From an uncultured Bifidobacteriaceae bacterium (lineage in GTDB: Bacteria > Acidobacteriota > Vicinamibacteria > Vicinamibacterales > UBA2999): a stretch of DNA of 54,873 nucleotides. This document shows positions 1-7,681 of the stretch, piece by piece; position 1 is the stretch's first letter, and each line of letters starts with the position of its first letter. A program made the position numbers and the translations under genes. The DNA lies in contig CAYNUO010000007.1 in the NCBI GenBank assembly GCA_964400405.1, forward strand, positions 1 through 54,873, in the 5' to 3' direction. A model generated the notes under the pieces. The model ran no database searches. It saw nothing but the letters and a program-made list of their open reading frames with translations, and was not told the origin of the DNA.

Positions 1-20
1 TCGGTGACGCCGAAGGGCGG

Positions 21-1625
21 ATGGAGACCCTGCTCGCCAAGGAGCGTGGCCTCGGCGTGCTGCACCAGCGGCTCGACGAGATGAACCAGGCCGTCACGGA
101 CCTCCACGGGAACGCGGACGACCTGGCCCGCAAACAGGCCGAGCTCGATGCGCTGCGAACGCGCCTCGCGGAGACAGAGGAGCTGGGCCGGAAGACCGCC
201 GTGCAGGCGGAGGCACTCGCGCTGACGCGGCAGGATCTCGCCGCGCTCGGCGCCGAGATCAGCGAGTTCAGCAAGGCACACGCCGACGCGGCGCAGTTGC
301 GCGACCGTCTCGGCGCGGATCGCGTCGCGCTCGAAGGCTTCGCGGCGCGGATGGGTGACTTCCTGACGCGCGCGCCGCAGATTGAGGCCGCGGTCACCGG
401 CGTTCAGGCCCGCCTCGGTCTTGTGGAGGACGGACTGAAGCAAGCAGACCGTCTGGGCGAACTGGTCCGCGACCTCGAGGCGCAGATCGCCCGCCTGAGT
501 GCGCGCTCGGAGTTCGTCGGCCGGCTGGAAGGCCGCGTCGGAGAGTTGCAGGCCCTGTCGGCCGAAGTGGACCGCCGCATGGCCGATCAGCTCCAGCGGC
601 GCACCGAGCTGGACGGCGTGAAGACGCTGGCCGAGGCGGTCGCGGTCCAGATGCTCGACGTCAACCACAAGGTTGAGAAGGTGGCGCAGGCACAGGCGCG
701 GCTGGCCCCGGTCGTCGAGCGGCTTGCCGGCGTGGAAGAGCAGGTCGCCGTCGCCAGTGCGCAGATCACCGCGCTCACGCGCGACGACGCCGTCGTGCAG
801 GAGCAGGGACAGTCCCTCGCGCGGTTGCTCGAGGAGGGGCGCCGGATCGCGGACGAGACCGGCGTGCGCGCAAAGGAACTGGCCGCCCTGGTCGCCGAAC
901 TCGGACGGTCGACGTCCCTCAAGGACGAACTGGTCGAGGAGCTGACGCGGACGCAGTCACGGCAGCGCGAAGCGGTCGCGCAGGTCGCGGCGACCGAGGA
1001 TCAGTTGAAGCGCGCCGAAGTGCTGTTCCGTCAACTGGAACAGCGCCGCAGCCAGGTTCAGTTCTCGGAGCGGAAGGTCGCGGCGGTGGAAGCGCGGGTG
1101 GCGGAGCTCGATGCGCTGTCGGCGACGGTGGAGCAGCGGATCAGGGCCATCGCGGAGCGGGAGTCGATCGTGGCGGCCGTGAAGCGCGAGGTGGAAGCCG
1201 TGCATCAGGTGAGCGCGAAGAGCCGCGAGGATCTGGACTTCCTGGCGTCGCATCGCGAAGACGTGGCCCGCCTGCGGAAGCAGGTGCAGCAGCTGAACGA
1301 AGCCGCGCTGGAGACGGACGCGAAGATCGCGGCGATCGACGCGAAGCGCCGCACGGTCGACGAGGTGCAGGTCAAGGCCGGCATGATCGCGAACCTGCTG
1401 TCGGACGTCCGGATCAATCTGGACTCGCTGACCGAGCAGCGCGCGGTCGTGGAGCACGTCGCCGAGCAGGTGGCCGGCATCCAGTTCGCGAGCCAGGAGG
1501 CGACCGGCGTGCTGCGGGCGCTGCAGCAGGAGCGCGAGATCGCGCAGCGCATTGCGGCGGGGCTGCAGCAGTTGCGGGCGAAGGCTCAGAACGACGAGCC
1601 GGCTCGTGGCAGCGGGGTCGCTTAA
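21..1625 (+). CDS. Long coiled-coil protein (A/E/L/R/Q-rich), probably N-terminally truncated by the window edge
   Basis: 534-aa ORF, helical low-complexity sequence throughout (e.g. RLDEMNQAVTDLHGNADDLARKQAELDALRTRLAETEELGRK). The frame is open from nt 3 up to the ATG at 21, so the true start may lie outside the window. No catalytic motif recognised. Confidence 0.6.
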   Translation: METLLAKERGLGVLHQRLDEMNQAVTDLHGNADDLARKQAELDALRTRLAETEELGRKTAVQAEALALTRQDLAALGAEISEFSKAHADAAQLRDRLGADRVALEGFAARMGDFLTRAPQIEAAVTGVQARLGLVEDGLKQADRLGELVRDLEAQIARLSARSEFVGRLEGRVGELQALSAEVDRRMADQLQRRTELDGVKTLAEAVAVQMLDVNHKVEKVAQAQARLAPVVERLAGVEEQVAVASAQITALTRDDAVVQEQGQSLARLLEEGRRIADETGVRAKELAALVAELGRSTSLKDELVEELTRTQSRQREAVAQVAATEDQLKRAEVLFRQLEQRRSQVQFSERKVAAVEARVAELDALSATVEQRIRAIAERESIVAAVKREVEAVHQVSAKSREDLDFLASHREDVARLRKQVQQLNEAALETDAKIAAIDAKRRTVDEVQVKAGMIANLLSDVRINLDSLTEQRAVVEHVAEQVAGIQFASQEATGVLRALQQEREIAQRIAAGLQQLRAKAQNDEPARGSGVA

Positions 1626-1701
1626 CGCCGGGTCACGCGTCAGGGCGGCTTCTCCTCGGTGTCCCCTCAGCCGCGATGTTCGGGATGAGGCGTGCTGGGC
1701 C

Positions 1702-1785
1702 GGGAGTTCACACGTCGTGGGCTCCCTGGGCGCATTGATCCCTGGCTTGACCCAAAGCAAGTCGCCCACGACGTGTGAATCTCCC
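1702..1785. repeat. Imperfect 21/22-nt inverted repeat (long stem, 41-nt loop) in a convergent intergenic region
   Basis: Left arm gggagttcacacgtcgtgggc (1702-1722). Right arm gcccacgacgtgtgaatctccc (1764-1785). The arms are reverse complements apart from one bulged t. c1701/g1786 extends the stem. Confidence 0.75.
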
Positions 1786-1880
1786 GACCCATCCCACCAA
1801 CTGCCCTCCGAGAGCGGCGAGTTGTTTCTCGCAGTCTCCTCAGCCTTGATGTGAGCGGGCCGGCGGGGGGGGCGACTCGC

Positions 1881-3476
1881 TCAGTCGGCGGCGCGCGGGC
1901 GGACGGTCAGGCGCTGTCCGGTCTTGATTGCGGCGCCTGAGATCCCGTTCCAGCGGCGGAGGTCGTCGACCGACGTCCGATAGCGCCGCGCAATCGATCC
2001 CAGCGTCTCGCCACGCTTCACGCGGTGGACCACCGGACCTGCGGCAGACGCGGCTGCGCGGCGGTTGGCCGGCCGTTTCGCGGACGAGGCCGTCACCGAG
2101 GCTGGCACCGCGGCCGGCCGCTTTGTTGAGGTGTTGACGGCCGCAATGGTCCCGTCCGCCCGGCGAGGCGCGCTGGCGACGAGGCCGGTGGGATCCTTCG
2201 GAACGATCAGGCGTTGTCCGGGGCGCAGCCGCGCGCCGGTCTTGAGGAAGTTCGCGTCGAGGAGGTCCCGCCGCGTGACTTTCAGGCGTCGCGCGACAGT
2301 GGCCACGGTCTCGCCCTTCTTCGCGGTGTGCCAGCGATACGGCGAGTCGCGCTCCGAGTCGACCGAGGCCAGAAACTCGGCGGCCCTGGCGGACGTGCCC
2401 GCGGGAATCCTCAGGACATAGTTCTCCACGCCCGGAGGGGTCGCCCAGCGGCGGAGCGCCGGGTTCAGCGCCTTGATCTCGTCGACCGGACGCTCGATGG
2501 CGTCTGCCAGCCTGCGGAGGTCGACGGGCGCGGTGAGCTCGACGGTCTCGAACACCGGCGCCTCAATCGTCTGCGGGTCGATGGTCAACCCGTACTGCGT
2601 GGGGTTCTTGCCGACCACGGCCGCCGCGAGGATCAGCGGCACGTAGTCCCGCGTTTCGCGCGGCAGGAAGCGGCGGTTGGCGCTGAGCGACCAGAAGTCC
2701 GTCTTGCCCGAGCGCTTCATGGCGCGCTGCACGCGGCCTGGGCCGCCGTTGTAGGAAGCCAGCGCGAGATGCCAGTCGCCGAACATGTCGTGCAGCGTCT
2801 TCAGATACCGCGCGGCGGCCAGCGTGGCGCGCTCGGGTTCGGCCCGTTCGTCGACATACCAGTCGTGCCGCAGACCATTCTCGACGGCCGTGCCGCGCAT
2901 GAACTGCCAGAGCCCCCGGGCCTTCGCACGCGACGTCGCATCCGGATTGAACGCGCTTTCGACGATGGGCACGAACGCCAGGTCCGTCGGCAGCCCCTCC
3001 GCGGCGAGTGCGCGGTGGATCATGGGCAGATACGGTGCGCCCCGGCTGAGCGACTCTTCGAGAAAGCCCTTGAGCCGGCCGGTGAAGACGTCGATGAAGC
3101 CCAGCACGCGGTCGTTCAGCGGAATATCGATGTCGTGCGGCGTGACCGCCATGTCCTCCGCGACCTGCTCGGCGGTGGCGGGATCGGGGATGGGCGCGGC
3201 TGGCGTGACGAGCAGGGAGTCCAGAGGCCGGCCGGCGCCGGTCGCGCTCAGCCCACCGTCGGCAGGCGTCGCCGCGCCTGCGATGGCGACCTCGGGGGCC
3301 GGTACCGGGGCCTGTGCGGGCGCGGGCAGTGCCGGGGCCGGCGGGACGACGGCGGCCGGGGCAGGCTGTGCCCTGACGACGACCGGCGGCGCGGTGCGCG
3401 TGGCGCAGGCCGCGGAGCCGAGGACGCTGCCGAGCAGCGTCAGGACGATCGCCGTGTGCGTGTGTCGGCGCATCAC
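1881..3476 (-). CDS. Membrane-bound lytic murein transglycosylase, MltD-like (SLT domain plus two C-terminal LysM domains), lipoprotein
   Basis: Lipobox-type signal MMRRHTHTAIVLTLLGSVLGSAAC. SLT catalytic region IVESAFNPDATSRAKARGLWQFM. LysM repeats HTAKKGETVATVARRLKVTRRDLLDAN and HRVKRGETLGSIARRYRTSVDDLRRWN. The first codon is GTG 3476, followed directly by ATG 3473. Confidence 0.88.
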   Translation of the reverse strand: MMRRHTHTAIVLTLLGSVLGSAACATRTAPPVVVRAQPAPAAVVPPAPALPAPAQAPVPAPEVAIAGAATPADGGLSATGAGRPLDSLLVTPAAPIPDPATAEQVAEDMAVTPHDIDIPLNDRVLGFIDVFTGRLKGFLEESLSRGAPYLPMIHRALAAEGLPTDLAFVPIVESAFNPDATSRAKARGLWQFMRGTAVENGLRHDWYVDERAEPERATLAAARYLKTLHDMFGDWHLALASYNGGPGRVQRAMKRSGKTDFWSLSANRRFLPRETRDYVPLILAAAVVGKNPTQYGLTIDPQTIEAPVFETVELTAPVDLRRLADAIERPVDEIKALNPALRRWATPPGVENYVLRIPAGTSARAAEFLASVDSERDSPYRWHTAKKGETVATVARRLKVTRRDLLDANFLKTGARLRPGQRLIVPKDPTGLVASAPRRADGTIAAVNTSTKRPAAVPASVTASSAKRPANRRAAASAAGPVVHRVKRGETLGSIARRYRTSVDDLRRWNGISGAAIKTGQRLTVRPRAAD

Positions 3477-5248
3477 GACGCTCGCGTGGCCGACGGGCCG
3501 GAGACGTGGCGGAGCACGCGATGGGCCTCGCCCAGCTCGCGGGCGGACGGCGTGACGATGGTCCGGTCGGAGATGGCGATCGTCTGGCCCTGCTTCACGG
3601 CCGTGCGGACGTCATCCTCGCAGACGAACGCGACGGGCGCGACGGATGCCGGGGCGGGGTCCTGGCGCGGAGCCGCGGCCTGGGCTTCCGGCTTCCTGAC
3701 GCCGCGCGAGGCGAGAAACTGATCGATGCGGCTGGTCAGCGCCGCAGCGGGAATGCCCGGCTCCTGCACCCGCGACGGGGACGACGGCAACCGTGACGCC
3801 GATACCTTGTCGCCGGAACGCTCCGCGGTGGGCGAGCCGGGCAAAACCGCGCGCGGCGGAGCGTTGGTGACGGCCGGCCGGACTTCGTAGGCCAGGCGCT
3901 TGATGTTCAGCAGGTGGAGTGGCGTGATGTTGTCCGACGTGCTGTTGCCGCCCCACCCGCCGCAGCCCAGCGTCATGGCCGGCGCGAGCCCGGTGGTCAG
4001 TCCGATCGACCCGTGCGTGGTCGGTGTGTTCACGCAGATCCGGAAGGCCGGCTTCTTGAGCCCGAACTCCAGGATGATCGCGTCATTCTGCGAGTGGATG
4101 GACATCGTGTGTCCCATCCCGCCGTAGCGAAGAATCTGCATACAGCGCTCACAGCCTTCGTGCCAGTCCTTCACGACGTAGAAGGACAGGACGGGGCAGA
4201 GCTTCTCGATCGACAGCGGGAAGTCGCGGCCGACGCCCTTCAGCGGCGCGATCAGCGCGCGCGTGCCGTCCGGCACGGTCAGCCCGACTTCCTTCGCGAT
4301 GAACGCCGCGGACTTGCCGACGAGCTTCGGATTCGGGAGACGCTGGGCCGTGACGAGCGCGGCCGCGAGCTTCGCGCTGCCGACGTCGTCCAGGAACGCC
4401 GCGCCCTGGGCCGTGAACTCGCGACGGACCTCCTCGGAGATCGCTTCGTCGACGACGACCGAGTTCGGCGAGGAGCAGAGCACGCCGTTGTCGAACGTCT
4501 TGCCCGTGATGATGTCGGAGACGGCCTTGCGGACATCCGCGGTGCGTTCGATGTAGCACGGCGCGTTGCCGGGGCCGACGCCGTACGCCGGCTTGCCGGC
4601 GCTGTAGGCGGCGCGGACGAGACCCATGCCGCCGGTCGCGAGGATCACCGACACCTCGCGCTGCTTCATCAGCTCCTGCGTGCCCTCGAGCGTGACGGTT
4701 CGCATCCAGCCCAGCGTACCGGCCGGCGCGCCGGCGCGCGTGGCCGCCTCGTGCAGGATCTCCATCGTGCGGGTGATGCACCCGGCGGCGGACGGATGCG
4801 GGCTGACGACGACGGCGCAGCGCGCCTTGACGGAGATCAGCGCCTTGTAGATCGCCGTCGACGTCGGGTTCGTCGATGGCACGATGGCCGCGACGACCCC
4901 GAACGGCTCCGCGATCTCGATGACCCGGCGATCCTCGTGGCGCGCCACGACGCCTACGGTCTTCATGGGCCGGATGAACTCGCGGACGCGGATGGAGGCG
5001 AAGAGGTTCTTCTGGACCTTGTCCGCCACGACACCGTAGCCCGTCTCCTCGACGGCGAGGCGGGCGAGGGCCTCGGCGTGCGGGGTGACCGCCTCGGCCA
5101 TGGCCTCGACGATGGCGTCGATCTGTGCCTGTGAGAGCTCGGCGAGCTGTTCCTGGGCGCGGCGCGCGGCGCGTGCCAGGGTGCGGGCCTCGTGAATGGA
5201 GGCGAGATCCCGGTCGGTCTGCGGGGTCTTGATGGCGTCCGCAGCCAC
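3473..5248 (-). CDS. CoA-acylating aldehyde dehydrogenase (EutE/PduP/AdhE-N-terminal type) with ~130-aa C-terminal extension
   Basis: 591 aa, GTG start. ALDH core with AVEETGYG, STNPTST and a catalytic-Cys region FDNGVLCSSPNSVVV that resembles acylating ALDHs. The core ends near LLNIKRLAYEVRP (about aa 458). The rest is a P/S/A-rich tail. The stop overlaps the start of the downstream mltD-like gene. Confidence 0.9.
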   Translation of the reverse strand: MAADAIKTPQTDRDLASIHEARTLARAARRAQEQLAELSQAQIDAIVEAMAEAVTPHAEALARLAVEETGYGVVADKVQKNLFASIRVREFIRPMKTVGVVARHEDRRVIEIAEPFGVVAAIVPSTNPTSTAIYKALISVKARCAVVVSPHPSAAGCITRTMEILHEAATRAGAPAGTLGWMRTVTLEGTQELMKQREVSVILATGGMGLVRAAYSAGKPAYGVGPGNAPCYIERTADVRKAVSDIITGKTFDNGVLCSSPNSVVVDEAISEEVRREFTAQGAAFLDDVGSAKLAAALVTAQRLPNPKLVGKSAAFIAKEVGLTVPDGTRALIAPLKGVGRDFPLSIEKLCPVLSFYVVKDWHEGCERCMQILRYGGMGHTMSIHSQNDAIILEFGLKKPAFRICVNTPTTHGSIGLTTGLAPAMTLGCGGWGGNSTSDNITPLHLLNIKRLAYEVRPAVTNAPPRAVLPGSPTAERSGDKVSASRLPSSPSRVQEPGIPAAALTSRIDQFLASRGVRKPEAQAAAPRQDPAPASVAPVAFVCEDDVRTAVKQGQTIAISDRTIVTPSARELGEAHRVLRHVSGPSATRAS

Positions 5249-5251
5249 TGT

Positions 5252-5524
5252 CTACCCCTTCAGAATGCGCTCGACGTCGCTGTGAGGACGCGGGATGACG
5301 TGCACGGAGACCAGTTCGCCGACCCGGCGGGCGGCCGCGGCGCCGGCGTCGGTGGCCGCCTTGACCGCGCCGACGTCGCCACGGACCATCACGGTGACAT
5401 ACCCGGCACCGATCTGCTCGGTACCGACCAGCGTGACCAGGGCGGTCTTGACCATGGCGTCGGCCGCTTCGACCGCGCCAATCAGACCCTTGGTTTCAAC
5501 CAGACCGAGCGCGTCTCCAGTCAT
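5252..5524 (-). CDS. Bacterial microcompartment shell protein, BMC-H (PduA/EutM/CcmK family)
   Basis: [90 protein letters not shown] matches the canonical single-BMC-domain hexamer consensus almost position by position. I chose the internal ATG at 5524 rather than GTG 5566 to fit family N-termini. Confidence 0.95.
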   Translation of the reverse strand: MTGDALGLVETKGLIGAVEAADAMVKTALVTLVGTEQIGAGYVTVMVRGDVGAVKAATDAGAAAARRVGELVSVHVIPRPHSDVERILKG

Positions 5525-5559
5525 CAGCGTGGAGGACTGTACCAGAATTGCGGAGTAAC

Positions 5560-6456
5560 ATGCCACTGCACATGCGCAGCGTACACATCGTGATTGGGGC
5601 CCTGGCCGTCATCGTGAGCGCCATGTTGAGCGCGGCCTGCGGCCAGCAGGCGGACACCGCCCCTCCCGTGGCGACGCCGGCCGTGACGCTCGCGCGTCCG
5701 GATGCCGTCGTCGGCGGGCCGATCGAGATGACCTACACCTGGACCGTCGCACAGGACGCGCCGGCGTTCCCGGCGGACGGGTGGGTCTTCGTCCACTTTC
5801 TGGACGCCGACGGCGAACTCCTGTGGACGGACGACCACGAGCCGCCCGGCGGGATGGCGGGCTGGAAGCCCGGCCAGACGGTGGCCTACACACGCACGAC
5901 TTTCGCCCCGAAACTTCCGTACGTGGGTGAACTGCTGATCGAGATTGGAGCGTTCTCGCGCGGCAACGGTCAGCGGCTGCCGCTGGCGGGCACGACGAAG
6001 GGGCAGCGCTCCTATGAGGCGGGCCGCTTGAATCTGCAGCTGCAGGGCGAGGCGCTGCTGGTCGTGTTCAAGGACGGCTGGCACGCCACCGAGCAGGCCG
6101 AGGGAAGCGCGCGGGAGTGGCAATGGTCAAAGGGGACAGGGACGCTGGCGTTCCGGAATCCGAAGCGGGACGCGTTGCTCTATCTCGAGGTCGATCGGCC
6201 CGGCGGTTTCCCGGAACCCCAGGCCGTGACGGTGAGGCTGGGTGAGACCGTCGTCGACACCTTCGCGGTGAAGCCCGGCGACAGCCTGCTCCGCCGCATC
6301 GCGCTTTCCGCGGCGCAGCTCGGCGACGCCGACGCGGTCGAGGTGCGGATTGCCGTGGACCGGACCTTCGTGCCCGCCACGCTGCCCGGGTCGGCCAGCC
6401 GCGACGATCGCGAGCTGGGCGTCCGGGTCTTCCGCGCCTTCGTGGAGGCGCGCTAG
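5560..6456 (+). CDS. Hypothetical lipoprotein, first gene of the type IV filament cluster transcription unit
   Basis: Signal [27 protein letters not shown] with a lipobox Cys. GGAG lies 4 nt upstream of ATG 5560 (the track start at 5548 is TTG). The stop is 15 nt before the GspF/PilC gene. No family recognised. Confidence 0.7.
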   Translation: MPLHMRSVHIVIGALAVIVSAMLSAACGQQADTAPPVATPAVTLARPDAVVGGPIEMTYTWTVAQDAPAFPADGWVFVHFLDADGELLWTDDHEPPGGMAGWKPGQTVAYTRTTFAPKLPYVGELLIEIGAFSRGNGQRLPLAGTTKGQRSYEAGRLNLQLQGEALLVVFKDGWHATEQAEGSAREWQWSKGTGTLAFRNPKRDALLYLEVDRPGGFPEPQAVTVRLGETVVDTFAVKPGDSLLRRIALSAAQLGDADAVEVRIAVDRTFVPATLPGSASRDDRELGVRVFRAFVEAR

Positions 6457-6471
6457 GCGCGCGGCAGACAG

Positions 6472-7677
6472 GTGGAGTTCCGCTGCCGGCTGGCGACGCC
6501 GAACGGCGAGGTGTCCGACGGCGTCTACGTCGCGGAGAGCGAGGCGCGGCTCCGGCAGCAGATGGAGGAGCGCGGCGTCCTCGTCCTGTCCGTCGAGCGG
6601 AAAGGCGGCGCGTTCAACCTCTCGTGGCGGTCTGGCGCCGGACGGGTCCAGTCGCGTGAGTTTCTTGTGTTCAATCAGGAACTGGCGACGCTCCTCAAGG
6701 CCGGTATGCCCCTCGTGCAATCGCTCGACATCCTCCGGCAGCGAGTCGAGAACCCCACGCTGAAGGCGATTCTCGACGACGTCCACGCCAAGGTCCGGTC
6801 GGGCTCCGCGCTGTCGGAGGCGTTTGCGGCCCATTCCGGCCAGTTCCCGCCGATCTACGCGGCGACGCTGATGGCTGGTGAGCGGGCCGGCGACCTGGAA
6901 GGCGTGATCCGGCGCTACGTCGCCTACGAAAAGATCATCGGCGCGGTCCGGCGGAAGGCGCTGTCGGCGCTGATGTATCCGGCACTGCTCGTCGTGATGA
7001 TGGTCGGGCTCGTGGGCGTCATCGTCCTCAAGGTCGTGCCGGCGTTCGCGGACTTCTACGCTGGTTTCAACGCCGAACTGCCCGTGTCCACGCGTCTGAT
7101 CGTCGGCGCGTCGAACCTGCTCGTCGGCAATCTGTGGCTGATTGTGGGCGGACTGGTGGTGGCGGGCCTGCTGCTGGCCCGCTGGTACCGGGTCCCCGGT
7201 CAGCGCGAGCGGATGGACCGCCTGGTATTGAGTCTGCCCTGGGTGGGCGAGACGCTGCGGAAGTTCGCGACCACGCAGTTCGCCCGCACGCTGGCGACGC
7301 TGCTCGGCGGCGGCATCCCGCTGGTCAACGCCCTCGATACCGGCGCCGATTCGATGTCGAACCGGCACCTCGCCCGCGAGATCAGGACCGTGGCCGGGCG
7401 CGTCCGGGAAGGGCAGGGGTTTGCCGCCGCTCTCCGGGACCGCCGGACGCTGCCCGAGGTGGCGAACAAGATGATCGAGGTCGGAGAATCCACCGGCGCG
7501 CTGCAGGAGATGCTGCACAGCCTGGCCGATTTCTACGACGAAGAGATTGAAACGGAGGTCTCGAGGGCGATTGCGCTCGTCGAGCCCGTCCTTCTCGTGC
7601 TCATGGGCGTCGTAATAGCGGGCGTCGTGCTGGCGCTGTATCTGCCCCTCTTCGAACTCAGCTCGGTGATGAGATAG
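6472..7677 (+). CDS. Type IV filament platform protein (GspF/PilC family)
   Basis: 401 aa with two GspF-type repeats (NQELATLLKAGMPLVQSLDIL and FARTLATLLGGGIPLVNALD) and three hydrophobic TM segments. GTG start. Confidence 0.93.
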   Translation: MEFRCRLATPNGEVSDGVYVAESEARLRQQMEERGVLVLSVERKGGAFNLSWRSGAGRVQSREFLVFNQELATLLKAGMPLVQSLDILRQRVENPTLKAILDDVHAKVRSGSALSEAFAAHSGQFPPIYAATLMAGERAGDLEGVIRRYVAYEKIIGAVRRKALSALMYPALLVVMMVGLVGVIVLKVVPAFADFYAGFNAELPVSTRLIVGASNLLVGNLWLIVGGLVVAGLLLARWYRVPGQRERMDRLVLSLPWVGETLRKFATTQFARTLATLLGGGIPLVNALDTGADSMSNRHLAREIRTVAGRVREGQGFAAALRDRRTLPEVANKMIEVGESTGALQEMLHSLADFYDEEIETEVSRAIALVEPVLLVLMGVVIAGVVLALYLPLFELSSVMR

Positions 7678-7681
7678 CCGG

